This document shows positions 45,350 to 54,601 of a stretch of DNA of 64,000 nt, one piece after another; position 1 is the stretch's first letter; every line of letters begins with the position of its first letter. Under the pieces are notes generated by a model that saw nothing but the letters and a program-made list of their open reading frames with translations, was not told where the DNA came from and did not search any database. The position numbers and the translations under genes are program-made. Source of the DNA: Candidatus Kapaibacterium sp. (GTDB lineage: Bacteria; Bacteroidota; Ignavibacteria; Kapaibacteriales; Kapaibacteriaceae); NCBI GenBank assembly GCA_018882895.1, contig VERF01000002.1:10842-74841 (forward strand). Reading direction: 5' to 3'.

Positions 45350-46656
45350 ATCAACAACCAAACATGCTTCTGTTCGGTGCCGTGCTCGGCACCTCCCTCC
45401 TTCTTCTCGATCTCTACGTCCTGTCACACTGGACGTCCTTTGCCCGAAAGCGACATTTGAACCGCTGGTGGTACCGGATCCCCTGGACCGCGGCGGCGAC
45501 CATGTTCATCGTCCTTGCGGCAATGCTGCTTCGACGTCATTTCTTCCGAATGGATGGCTTCGACGTTACGCTCATGGGCTTCGTCTCGCTTTGGTACCTA
45601 CCCAAGTTTGGCATCGCCGCCGTCCTGCTCGTCAGAGACCTTCTGCGAGGAGCGATGTATCTCTGGCAGCGATTCACGTCTCACAGAAGCCCCCAACCGG
45701 CGGTCATCGCCTCCGGTAGCCTCCAACCGGCGGTCATCGCGTCCGGCAGCCCCCAACCCGCGGTCATCGTAGACGCTGTCCAACCGTCACGTCGCGCCTT
45801 CCTCGGCAAGGCTGCCTGGTCGGTCTCGGCTGTGCCCTTCGTGATCGTCGGACGGGGTATGTGGAGCACACTATATGATTTCCGGACGTATCGTCAGGAG
45901 CTGGTTATTGACAGATTGCCGCGTGCGCTCGACGGGATTCGAATTGCTCAGATATCGGATGTTCATGCCGGTTCGTTTCCGGATCACAGACCCTTTGAGG
46001 AAGTGCGCCGGATCCTTGACTCGGAGCAGGCCGACCTGATCGTTATCACGGGTGACTTCGTAAACCAGAAGCCGCGGGAGCTGTCCATGATCTCGCGTGA
46101 ACTCGAACGACTCTCAGCCCCCTACGGAGTGATGGCTTGCTTGGGCAATCACGACCACTACAATACGCCTCAGGAGCACGGCGATCTCAAGCGCGCTCTT
46201 GGGTCGATGGGAGTGGATCTGCTGGTGAACCGCAACCGCCGGATCGGTCCCGAAGGATCGGCACTGGTCATCGCCGGCACAGACAATACGGGATTTCGCC
46301 AGTCATTCGCTCGGCTCGACAGGGCACTCGAAGGGGTTAATCCCGATGATGCCGTCGTGCTTCTGGCTCACGATCCCACATTCTGGGATAAAGAGGTTGT
46401 CGGACAAGGCAACATCGACCTGATGCTCTCCGGTCACACGCACGGTGGACAGTTTGGCGTCCAGTTCGCCGGCTTCGAGTGGAGTCCGGCGCAGCACGTG
46501 TATCGCCAATGGGCTGGGCTTTACACGAAGGGTCGGCAGCACCTATACGTCAATCGTGGTATCGGCACCGTTGGACCGCCCATGCGTATCGGCATTCCAC
46601 CGGAGGTCACGATCTTCACATTGCGCTCCGCCCCCTTCACGAAGGGGCTTGCTTAA
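45346..46656 (+). CDS. Membrane-anchored metallophosphoesterase (YkuE-like)
   Basis: The ATG at 45346 overlaps the upstream TGA. There are four N-terminal TM helices. Motifs IAQISDVHAGS, TGDFVN, GNHDH and GHTHGGQ. Confidence 0.85.
   Translation: MNQQPNMLLFGAVLGTSLLLLDLYVLSHWTSFARKRHLNRWWYRIPWTAAATMFIVLAAMLLRRHFFRMDGFDVTLMGFVSLWYLPKFGIAAVLLVRDLLRGAMYLWQRFTSHRSPQPAVIASGSLQPAVIASGSPQPAVIVDAVQPSRRAFLGKAAWSVSAVPFVIVGRGMWSTLYDFRTYRQELVIDRLPRALDGIRIAQISDVHAGSFPDHRPFEEVRRILDSEQADLIVITGDFVNQKPRELSMISRELERLSAPYGVMACLGNHDHYNTPQEHGDLKRALGSMGVDLLVNRNRRIGPEGSALVIAGTDNTGFRQSFARLDRALEGVNPDDAVVLLAHDPTFWDKEVVGQGNIDLMLSGHTHGGQFGVQFAGFEWSPAQHVYRQWAGLYTKGRQHLYVNRGIGTVGPPMRIGIPPEVTIFTLRSAPFTKGLA
45691..45770 (+). 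repeat. In-frame 30-bp tandem repeat (2.7 copies) encoding PQPAVIASGS in the linker of the metallophosphoesterase
   Basis: Units at 45691-45720 and 45721-45750, and a partial unit at 45751-45770. The copies differ at a few bases. Confidence 0.9.
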
Positions 46657-47816
46657 GCGTTCTGCAGAGCTTCGAGAGCCACGCGCACCATCATGGTCGC
46701 TCCGGTTATCATGGCTTCTTCATCGGGAGCGAACCTCGGGTTGTGTAGACCGGGCATGTGATCAAGCTCAGCTGGCCGCGCGCCGAGTGTCCAGAAGCAC
46801 GACGGAGCAACCTGCGTGTAGAACGCAAAGTCCTCAGCCCACATCTTGGGCTCAAAGTCCGCGGCCGTCATGGAATACTTGGCCGCAACGTTCCGTGCGA
46901 ATGCGACGGCATTCTCATCGTTTACAAGCGGCGGATATCCCTTCACAATGGTCACCTCCGCCACACAGCCATGCAGTGCGCAGTAGGCCTTTGACTGTTC
47001 CTCGATGAAGCTCCACGCCTGTTCGCGCCATTGCTGATCGAACGACCTGAGCGTGCCCTTCATCTCGACCACGTCGGGTATGATGTTCGTTGCCGTGCCA
47101 CCGTGGATGCTTGTTACGGTGATCACACCGGCATCGAGTGGATTCCGACGCTTGGTAATGAGCGTCTGCAGGTGATGGATCAAACCACTGGCTGCCATGA
47201 TTGGATCGCGCCCCTGATGGGGCTGTGCGGCATGAGCACCGAAGCCCGTGATCGTCCAATACAGTTCATCGGCAGCCGCCATCATCGGGCCCGCAACAAA
47301 TCCGAGCTCACCGACGGGTGCATCGGGATAGACGTGCTGACCGAAGACCATTGACGGTGTCGGGTTCTGTAGAGCCCCCTCGGCGATCATCATGCTGGCT
47401 CCGCCGGGCGACTTTTCTTCACCGGGCTGAAACAGAAGCTTGACGGTGCCCGAAAGCGAATGCTCTTGTTCTTTCAGCAAACGGGCTGCGGCAAGTAGCA
47501 TGGTTGTGTGCATGTCGTGTCCGCACGCGTGCATCACGCCTGCACGAGTAGAGGCATACTCGAGTCCCGTTTCTTCTTCCATTGGCAGTGCGTCGATGTC
47601 TGCCCTAAGTGCTACACACGGGCTTCCAGTTCCAACATGAGCAACGATGCCCGTTGTGGCAACGCGTTTATGTTCGATGCCAAGCTCAGTCAGCTTTGCC
47701 GAGATATAGTCGGCCGTTTCGAACTCATGAAAGGAGATCTCCGGATGCCGATGAAGATGGCGACGGGTCTCGACCATCCATGAAAAAATCGATTCAACGT
47801 GCTCACGAGTTGTCAT
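46653..47816 (-). CDS. M20D-family amidohydrolase (N-acyl-amino-acid / hippurate-hydrolase type)
   Basis: HRHPEISFHEFET and HACGHDMH motifs. Start set at the ATG at 47816 (MTTREHV). Confidence 0.85.
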   Translation of the reverse strand: MTTREHVESIFSWMVETRRHLHRHPEISFHEFETADYISAKLTELGIEHKRVATTGIVAHVGTGSPCVALRADIDALPMEEETGLEYASTRAGVMHACGHDMHTTMLLAAARLLKEQEHSLSGTVKLLFQPGEEKSPGGASMMIAEGALQNPTPSMVFGQHVYPDAPVGELGFVAGPMMAAADELYWTITGFGAHAAQPHQGRDPIMAASGLIHHLQTLITKRRNPLDAGVITVTSIHGGTATNIIPDVVEMKGTLRSFDQQWREQAWSFIEEQSKAYCALHGCVAEVTIVKGYPPLVNDENAVAFARNVAAKYSMTAADFEPKMWAEDFAFYTQVAPSCFWTLGARPAELDHMPGLHNPRFAPDEEAMITGATMMVRVALEALQNA

Positions 47817-48591
47817 ACGTTGCGTCTCCGCGAAGTTCGATGGAAGTGATCTGGCCGCCTTCGGCATTGATCGTGACGTCGAGCTGGCGTCCGCTCGGCG
47901 GGATGATCTTGTATGTGTGGACCGATGGTGTGCGCATCCACATGCTCAGTGAAGCACTTACGGCACCGGTACCGCAGGCCTGCGTTACGGTCTCTACTCC
48001 TCGCTCAAAGGTTGCGAGGTGCAATAAACCGTCGTCGCCGGATTGAAGCATATTGACGTTTGTGCCACGAGGAAAATCAGGGTGATGACGAAGCCGCGCT
48101 ACAAGGGGATTGTCAGCATCATGTGCTGAGTCGATAACCACGTGGTCGCTGTTGACGTTGGCATACCAGACGGGCACGTCGATGGACTCGAGCAAGCCGG
48201 CAGGGAAGTACCGAAGCTGCGTCGGTGGTGGCAGCACTATAGATATGGTCGCATCATCGTGAACTCGGGCTGCGTATTGTGCACCGTTGAACGTCAGGGT
48301 CAGGGGGCCTTGCGCTGAAGCGCCGTTGTCGATTCCGTAGCGCACCGCGCATCGGGCGCCATTTCCGCAGAACATTCCACGACTACCATCAGGATTGTAG
48401 AACTCAGCGTTGATGCTTCGCGAGTCGATCGAACGAATACGCAGGAGTCCTTCAATCGGTCTCTGATCTGGTCGTGGATTCTGCTTCAGGAGCTCTAACA
48501 CATACTCGATCGTGAGCTCACTGTCCAGCAGCGGCCGCGCACGATCGTCGATCAGGATGAATGTGTTGCCCGCACCGCTCATGTGATGCAT
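47803..48591 (-). CDS. dapF: Diaminopimelate epimerase
   Basis: MSGAGNTFILIDD, FCGNGARC and ACGTGAVSA catalytic Cys motifs. Start moved to the ATG at 48591; the tracked ORF extends to 48750. Confidence 0.9.
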   Translation of the reverse strand: MHHMSGAGNTFILIDDRARPLLDSELTIEYVLELLKQNPRPDQRPIEGLLRIRSIDSRSINAEFYNPDGSRGMFCGNGARCAVRYGIDNGASAQGPLTLTFNGAQYAARVHDDATISIVLPPPTQLRYFPAGLLESIDVPVWYANVNSDHVVIDSAHDADNPLVARLRHHPDFPRGTNVNMLQSGDDGLLHLATFERGVETVTQACGTGAVSASLSMWMRTPSVHTYKIIPPSGRQLDVTINAEGGQITSIELRGDATYDNS

Positions 48592-48593
48592 CG

Positions 48594-49379
48594 TCACGGC
48601 AGGTCCTCCAATGCGCGAGTCAATTCGGCTTGGATGAGCCCATTGGTTGCAATGATAGAGTCCGTGTTCAGCACAAAGTCCCTGCCTCCGTAATGCGTTA
48701 CCGCACCACCTGCCTGGCGGACCATTGCCACACCGGCTGCCATATCCCATGGCTGCAGGGCCACTTCCCAGAATCCGTCAAAACGCCCATCGGCCACGTA
48801 GGCAAGGTCGAGGGCCGCACTGCCGAGTCGGCGAACCGGAAGCCCCTTGCCAACGATCGCGGCGAACTGATCGATGCATCTACCCGGATTCTGGTCGACA
48901 TCGTACGGGAAGCCCGTCACGAGAATGCTGTCACTCAGATCGGCGATGGTAGAGACCTTCATCGGGCGATCGTTGCACCATGCGCCCACGTCTGTAATGC
49001 AAGTGAACGTCTCATTTGAAAGGGGCTGATGAATGACTCCGCAAATGATGTGGCCGTTCATGACGGCGGCGATCGAAACACAGAAGATGGGGATGCCATG
49101 AGCAAAGTTCACAGTGCCATCGAGCGGATCGATCACCCAGAGAAGTTCATTCGAGCCATCGTGGTGACCGCTCTCTTCAGCCAGGAATCGTGCATCCGGC
49201 GTGTGAGCGCGCAGCACCTCGATGATACTCTGCTCGCTGCGGTGGTCGAACTCTGTTACAAGGTTATGCCGCCCCTGCTTGGAGGCTGCTGTTATTGCGG
49301 AACCGAAACCGCCTTTCAGGATGGAACCGGCCTGGCGTGCAGCTTCACATGCTGCTTCAAGTAGATGATCGTTTGACAT
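48594..49379 (-). CDS. Inositol-monophosphatase-family protein (SuhB-like)
   Basis: WVIDPLDGTVNFAHG and WDMAAG motifs. Start set at the ATG at 49379. Confidence 0.88.
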   Translation of the reverse strand: MSNDHLLEAACEAARQAGSILKGGFGSAITAASKQGRHNLVTEFDHRSEQSIIEVLRAHTPDARFLAEESGHHDGSNELLWVIDPLDGTVNFAHGIPIFCVSIAAVMNGHIICGVIHQPLSNETFTCITDVGAWCNDRPMKVSTIADLSDSILVTGFPYDVDQNPGRCIDQFAAIVGKGLPVRRLGSAALDLAYVADGRFDGFWEVALQPWDMAAGVAMVRQAGGAVTHYGGRDFVLNTDSIIATNGLIQAELTRALEDLP

Positions 49380-49389
49380 GTCGGGCAGT

Positions 49390-50025
49390 TTATCCGAGCA
49401 CGGTGTTGGACTCATTACGGATCAGCGTCGCAAGTGTCTGCAGGCGCACATCCGATGCCGCTTCCGCGATCGGCACATATCTCGACAGGGTTGTCGAAAC
49501 GTACAGATGTGGGTTCTTTTTGAGATTGAAAGACAGACAACGAAAGTTATCCAGCCGTGCCGCGAGTTTGATCAGAAGGCAATCTTGACTGGCCTTGCGA
49601 AGGCGCTCGGCATAATAGAGGTCAACCCTTTCCGGATCAACTTTCGCGGCATCAAGATCTTTGGTGAGGGTCTCAACGACATAGGCCACGTAGGAACCAA
49701 AGTTGTAGTCGAGGACATCTCTCGTGACAGTTCGCGAGTCCTCAAGTACATCATGCAGCAGGGCCGCCACGATCATGTCCGTGTCATATATTCTCAGCTC
49801 ATCCATCAGAATCATCGCGGTTCGTGCGATGTGATCGAAATATGCTGTGCCATCGTTGCGCAGTTTACCGGCGTGCACCGTCGAGGCCATCTCGTAGGCG
49901 TCAATCACCTTGTTGACGTGTATCGGATCTCCATGCATGAGGATACGCATCTGCAGATCCTCCACCGTCAGCGTTCGACGGTTGTACTGAGGTGATGATG
50001 CGTCGGGGAAGTTCTCCATCATCAT
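49390..50025 (-). CDS. Stand-alone HD-domain (p)ppGpp hydrolase (SpoT/Mesh1-like small alarmone hydrolase)
   Basis: HAGKLRNDGTAYFDHIARTAMILMDE...DTDMIVAALLHDVLEDS matches the RelA/SpoT hydrolase-domain signature. No synthetase domain is present. Confidence 0.75.
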   Translation of the reverse strand: MMMENFPDASSPQYNRRTLTVEDLQMRILMHGDPIHVNKVIDAYEMASTVHAGKLRNDGTAYFDHIARTAMILMDELRIYDTDMIVAALLHDVLEDSRTVTRDVLDYNFGSYVAYVVETLTKDLDAAKVDPERVDLYYAERLRKASQDCLLIKLAARLDNFRCLSFNLKKNPHLYVSTTLSRYVPIAEAASDVRLQTLATLIRNESNTVLG

Positions 50026-51710
50026 CCTGCTTTCCGTGCAGTCTTCTTAGCCGGTTGTTGCATGAGCTCACGCGCGCCGCTCAATGCCGTCTCTGTCACA
50101 TCCGATCCGCTTAGGAGCATGGCAACGTCGTGCTGAGCCTCAATTTTATCGATCCGCACAGCGGTGATCGTGGTGCGATCGCGTGCCGACGACTTCGTGA
50201 CTCGCATGAAATTGTCTGCCAGTGAGGCGATCTGTGCCAGGTGCGTGATGCAGATCAGCTGTTGGCGCCGTGCAAGTTGCTGCATCACCAGTCCCACCGT
50301 GCGCGCCACACGTCCGCTGATTCCGGTATCGATCTCGTCGAGAACAACCGTTCCGGCGGGAATCTTCTCGAAAAGTGCACGTTTTAGTGCAAGCATAACG
50401 CGTGAAAGTTCGCCCCCTGAGGCGATCTTGGCAAGGGGGCGAAGTGGCTCCCCTGAATTGGCTGCAAAGAGGAACTCTACGTGGTCTGCACCAGTCGGGC
50501 CGACCTCGCACGAGCGAATGTCAATGCGCACCATTGCCGCCGGCATGCCCATCTCATGAAGACTGGAATTGATGCTGGACTCGAATGATTGTGCACTTGA
50601 ACGACGCTGTTGAGACAGACCATCGGCCACTTCTTGAGCTTGCGCCAGCGCCTGCGAAAGGTGCTGTTCGGCCTCGGACAGAACCTCATCAAGATGTTCG
50701 ACGTCGTGGAGCTCTCGAGCCACTGACTCAAGGCGCTCGACGGCGCTCTCAAGCGAGCCGTACTTGCGGATGAGTCGCTGCAGGGAGACGTGGCGCAGGC
50801 GCATGTCTTCGAGCCGTTGCGGATCTCGGTCGTCGATGTCTGCCAGCAGCGCGGCGCTGGCAGCAGCTTCCTTGCAGATGATCAGTGCCGACTCGAGATC
50901 CGAGGCAATACCTTCCATCTGGGGGTCGAACTCCCGGAGTTGAGCCACGGAATCGATCGCACCGCGGATGAGATCATAGGCCGACGGATCGCCGGAATAG
51001 AGTCGATCTCGGACGCTTTCGGCGAGCGTGACGACGTGCTCGCCGGCTTCAATTCGCCGCAGTTCCAGAGCGATGTCGGAGTCCTCTCCGGGCGTGGGGT
51101 TGATCGCAGCGATCTCATCGTGGATAAAGCGAAGTCGCGCTCTGTCGGCATCGGCATCGACTGCTCTCCTGCGCAGATCATCGATCCGGCGGCGTAGAGA
51201 AGATAGCCGTTGCCAGTGCTCGAGCATGGATGCGCGAAGAGCACCTCCGTCGTGCAGGGCAAAGGCGTCGTACGCCTCAAGGTGGGTGGTGGGCGACATC
51301 AGGCCATGCGTATCATGCTGTCCATGCACATCGATCAGAAGTGATGCAAGCTGTCGAACCTGGGTGCTCTGCATCGGCGAGTCGTTGATGAAGCAGCGAG
51401 ATGCTCCCGATGCGGGAATCTCGCGTCGCAAGACCACCTCGGGGGCATCCCAGCCAAGAGCGTGTTCAGCGATGAAGGCTGCGGCAGTGGGCCGCGCGGA
51501 GATGTCGAACGTGGCCTCAATGACGGCCTTGCGAGCCCCCTGCCTGACAAGTTCAGGGGAAACGCGCTCTCCCATGGCGGCAGCCAAGGCATCAATGATG
51601 ATCGACTTTCCGGCTCCGGTCTCTCCGAGCAGCACGGTCATGCCCGCGTCGAAATCCAGGTCGATCTCATCAATGAGAGTAAAGGATCTGATGGTCAGTC
51701 GTCGAAGCAC
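50022..51710 (-). CDS. recN: DNA repair protein RecN
   Basis: MLRRLTIRSFTLIDE...LLGETGAGKSIIIDAL Walker A, long coiled coil, and C-terminal SGGELSRVMLAL...VLDEIDTGISG. GTG start. Confidence 0.92.
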   Translation of the reverse strand: MLRRLTIRSFTLIDEIDLDFDAGMTVLLGETGAGKSIIIDALAAAMGERVSPELVRQGARKAVIEATFDISARPTAAAFIAEHALGWDAPEVVLRREIPASGASRCFINDSPMQSTQVRQLASLLIDVHGQHDTHGLMSPTTHLEAYDAFALHDGGALRASMLEHWQRLSSLRRRIDDLRRRAVDADADRARLRFIHDEIAAINPTPGEDSDIALELRRIEAGEHVVTLAESVRDRLYSGDPSAYDLIRGAIDSVAQLREFDPQMEGIASDLESALIICKEAAASAALLADIDDRDPQRLEDMRLRHVSLQRLIRKYGSLESAVERLESVARELHDVEHLDEVLSEAEQHLSQALAQAQEVADGLSQQRRSSAQSFESSINSSLHEMGMPAAMVRIDIRSCEVGPTGADHVEFLFAANSGEPLRPLAKIASGGELSRVMLALKRALFEKIPAGTVVLDEIDTGISGRVARTVGLVMQQLARRQQLICITHLAQIASLADNFMRVTKSSARDRTTITAVRIDKIEAQHDVAMLLSGSDVTETALSGARELMQQPAKKTARKAG

Positions 51711-51735
51711 GATGAATGTCGGCTTTGATGGTGGT

Positions 51736-51900
51736 TCACAGGCGCGTCAGACGACGCTGAAAGAGTTTGAATGCGCCGTAACCGCTGATGGCCAGCAATG
51801 CCGCACCTGCCAGGACATGCACTTCCTGGCCAACGTAGATGACCAAGATCGTGATGAAGTAGGTGGCAAGGACGAGGGTAAGGATCCACAGGGCTGCCAT
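51736..51900 (-). CDS. Small two-helix membrane protein (54 aa), hypothetical
   Basis: MAALWILTLVLATYFITILVIYVGQEVHVLAGAALLAISGYGAFKLF fits the gap between the hflX stop (51908) and the recN start. No homology recognised. Confidence 0.4.
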   Translation of the reverse strand: MAALWILTLVLATYFITILVIYVGQEVHVLAGAALLAISGYGAFKLFQRRLTRL

Positions 51901-51907
51901 GTGATGC

Positions 51908-53314
51908 TCACAGAGGAGTGGAATGTGAAGAAAGTTCATTCGTGACAAACTGACGATATCGAGCCGTGAAGGGGGCCAGCTGATCGGCCGCCACGCGAAC
52001 CGACAATAATACATCGGAATCTTCATCGCTTCGGCTGAGAACTTCAACCTCATGATAGAGACGAGAGACGATGTTCATACTCTCGTATGGTATGCGCAGC
52101 GTGCGCAGCACGGCTGATTCCTCGTGCGTTGACTGCATGACATGCAGGAGCTTCTCGATGTTGATCCCACGATGTGCGCTCACGAAAACACAACCCGGGG
52201 ATTCTGCTTCCGCATCGTCGAGAAGCTCACGCTGTTCAACTCTGTCGATCTTGTTGAACACGACGATCACCGGTGTGTCTGATGCCCCAAGATCTGAAAG
52301 TGTCTGTTCCACCACGGCCATGTGTTCGCGGTAATGCGGATTCGAAATGTCGACCACGTGCAGCAGGATATCCGCTTCGAGTGTCTCGGCCAGCGTCGAT
52401 CGGAAAGAAGCCACGAGCTGGGTGGGGAGCTTCCGAATGAAGCCGACCGTATCGGAGATGAGCGCCTTCTGACCCGAAGGCAACGCAAAGGTTCGAACCG
52501 TGGTGTCCAGCGTTGCGAAAAGTTGATCCTGAACGTAGACATCTGCCTGCGTCAGCACGCGCATCAGTGATGACTTACCTGCATTAGTGTATCCAACAAG
52601 GGCGAAGCGGGGAAGACCTTCGCGCCCCTTTCGCTGAACAAGACGCTGTACGTCGATCTCCTTGAGCTTCTCGCGCAGGCGCTGCATGCGGATTCGGTAC
52701 ATCCGGCGGTCAGTCTCGATCTGGGTCTCGCCCGGGCCTTTGGTGCCGACACCACCAAACTGCTTCGATAGGTGGGTCCACATCCTTGTCAGACGCGGAA
52801 GCAGGTATTCTAACTGGGCCAGTTCCACCTGAGTACGAGCCTCTTGCGTGCGAGCGTGGGCCGCGAAGATGTCAAGAATGACATTGCTGCGGTCCAGTAC
52901 CTTCACATTGAGGGCCTCCTCGAGGTTTCGCACCTGGGCCGGTGAGAGTTCATCATCGAAGACCACGGAAGATGCTCCCGAGGATTCGATCAATTCGTGG
53001 AGCTCGGTGACCTTCCCTTTGCCAAGTGCCGTCGATAAATCCGGGCGCTCTCGTTCCTGGGTTAGTCTGCCAACGACGTCCACTCCTGCGGTGTCGAGCA
53101 GCATGGCAAGTTCTTCAAGATGCTCATCGACGATGTCCGGGTCAGCCCCCTTGCGGATGACCGCCGCGATCACGGCTCTCTCTCTTGGTCGTAAACCTAT
53201 ATCGTGCACGGTACCTCGTTGTGGATTCGACGACGCAAAGCTACGGCTCACAACGGGCTTCCTCGCATGTGGCGTAGATTTGGTCGGTATGAAATCGGTT
53301 TTGATCACTTTCAT
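51908..53314 (-). CDS. hflX: GTPase HflX
   Basis: ILDIFAAHARTQEARTQVELAQLEYLLPRL, GPGETQIETDRR, and G1 motif LVGYTNAGKSSL. The N-terminal roughly 35 aa, and therefore the exact start, are uncertain. Confidence 0.9.
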   Translation of the reverse strand: MKVIKTDFIPTKSTPHARKPVVSRSFASSNPQRGTVHDIGLRPRERAVIAAVIRKGADPDIVDEHLEELAMLLDTAGVDVVGRLTQERERPDLSTALGKGKVTELHELIESSGASSVVFDDELSPAQVRNLEEALNVKVLDRSNVILDIFAAHARTQEARTQVELAQLEYLLPRLTRMWTHLSKQFGGVGTKGPGETQIETDRRMYRIRMQRLREKLKEIDVQRLVQRKGREGLPRFALVGYTNAGKSSLMRVLTQADVYVQDQLFATLDTTVRTFALPSGQKALISDTVGFIRKLPTQLVASFRSTLAETLEADILLHVVDISNPHYREHMAVVEQTLSDLGASDTPVIVVFNKIDRVEQRELLDDAEAESPGCVFVSAHRGINIEKLLHVMQSTHEESAVLRTLRIPYESMNIVSRLYHEVEVLSRSDEDSDVLLSVRVAADQLAPFTARYRQFVTNELSSHSTPL

Positions 53315-54572
53315 TGTCCTGGTTCTGCTTGTCGGGCGGCTTTGCGCCCAAGACGAAGTAGGACCGGAGATTCCTATCGTACTTGAGCATGCCGACTCTT
53401 TGATCGGCTCCGGAGCGGTTGATGCCGCCGTACGGACGTTTCAGGGTAATGTGCGTTTTTCACAGGGAAACGTGACAGGTCGATGTGATCGGGCCGTTCA
53501 TGACGTGGTGAAGAACACCGTCGAACTCACCGGATCGGTGGTCATACGGCAGGTCGATCTGACGATCTCGGCTCCTCTGGTCAGGTATGATGGGCGCCAA
53601 TCGGTGGCCTCGGCTCCACGAGGAATCCGAGTGGATCAGGGACGGCGAGTGATCACCTCGCGCAGTGGCCGTTACGACCTGCGCCGTCGCATCTCTTCGT
53701 TTCATCAGAACGTGCATGCCATTGATGACACGGTCAGGATGTGGTGTGATTCGCTTATCCATGACCGAACGGTCGACACTATGCGGGCCATGGGGAATGT
53801 GATCATCCAGGACTCCATCCGCCGCTCGTGGTTCAGTGCCGATCTGGCGCGGCGAGATCCCCGGCGGGGAGAATTGGCTCTCTATGGCTCTGCCAAGTCC
53901 TGGACGTGGGATGTCGATTCCACCGGTGTGATCGACACTGCGTTTATCTCATCTGATCAGATGCGCTCTGAATCCCCGTCTGATTCGGGCAGGCGAATGA
54001 CGGCGCAGGGCAATGTGCGTCTTGTCCGAGGGCAGGCGGCGGCTCTCTGCGGCCGGCTCGTGTATTCGGACCTTGACAGTATCATCGATTTGAATGATTC
54101 ACCGATCGTGTGGTCTGATTCGTCGGTTCTCATAGCCTCGGTGATCAGGGCACGCACCGATAATGGGAGGATTCAAACCATCACCGGTGATGGCGATGCC
54201 ATTCTGATCTCGCGCTCGGATACGCTCATGCCTGAGCGGTTCGATCAGATCGTGGGCAAGCGTATCACGATCACCACCGAAGCTGATTCAGTGAAAATGC
54301 TGACTGCAGCCGGTGATGCTCAGAGCGTGACGTTTCGTCAGGAGTCCGGACAGCGAAAGGGGCTTGCCAAGGTCGCCGCCGATTCGATCGATGCGAGGAT
54401 CATTCCGAGTGGCATCTCCGACGTATTCTGGATAGGGGGCATCAGCGGCGAGCATCATCCCGAGAGACTCGTCATGGGAAGAGAGGCCGACTTTGCGCTA
54501 CCAGGGTTTCGCTCACCAGGTTCGCGTCCAATCGCCGAACCCGTTCCGGTGCGACGTTCATTATTGCGATAG
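53289..54572 (+). CDS. Secreted OstA/LptA-like repeat protein
   Basis: The ATG at 53289 gives the signal peptide MKSVLITFIVLVLLVGRLCAQ. Repeated GNV...D...Y-type beta-jellyroll pattern (FQGNVRFSQGNVTGRCDRAVHD, MGNVIIQD, QGNVRLVRGQAAALCGRLVY). The upstream part of the tracked ORF is antisense to hflX. Confidence 0.55.
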   Translation: MKSVLITFIVLVLLVGRLCAQDEVGPEIPIVLEHADSLIGSGAVDAAVRTFQGNVRFSQGNVTGRCDRAVHDVVKNTVELTGSVVIRQVDLTISAPLVRYDGRQSVASAPRGIRVDQGRRVITSRSGRYDLRRRISSFHQNVHAIDDTVRMWCDSLIHDRTVDTMRAMGNVIIQDSIRRSWFSADLARRDPRRGELALYGSAKSWTWDVDSTGVIDTAFISSDQMRSESPSDSGRRMTAQGNVRLVRGQAAALCGRLVYSDLDSIIDLNDSPIVWSDSSVLIASVIRARTDNGRIQTITGDGDAILISRSDTLMPERFDQIVGKRITITTEADSVKMLTAAGDAQSVTFRQESGQRKGLAKVAADSIDARIIPSGISDVFWIGGISGEHHPERLVMGREADFALPGFRSPGSRPIAEPVPVRRSLLR

Positions 54573-54601
54573 CCCCCTAATTGTCGTAACATCGTCACGA
54601 T

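Noticed and set aside
46653-46656. Convergent genes whose stop codons overlap within CTTAAG (metallophosphoesterase on the plus strand, M20 amidohydrolase on the minus strand).
   Set aside because: This is a real arrangement, but it is a trivial consequence of compact gene packing and the palindromic TTAA. There is no evidence of regulatory significance.
52848-53288. The first 147 codons of tracked ORF 52848-54572, which would make a 574-aa protein.
   Set aside because: That part is antisense to the conserved N-terminal region of hflX and has no motif. The internal ATG at 53289 gives a canonical signal peptide. The same reasoning was used to trim the over-extended tracked ORFs at 14466-16193, 19463-20935, 19258-19683, 47803-48750, 12376-13404, 27987-29810, 45211-46656, 58513-59427, 40539-41651 and 35725-40506.
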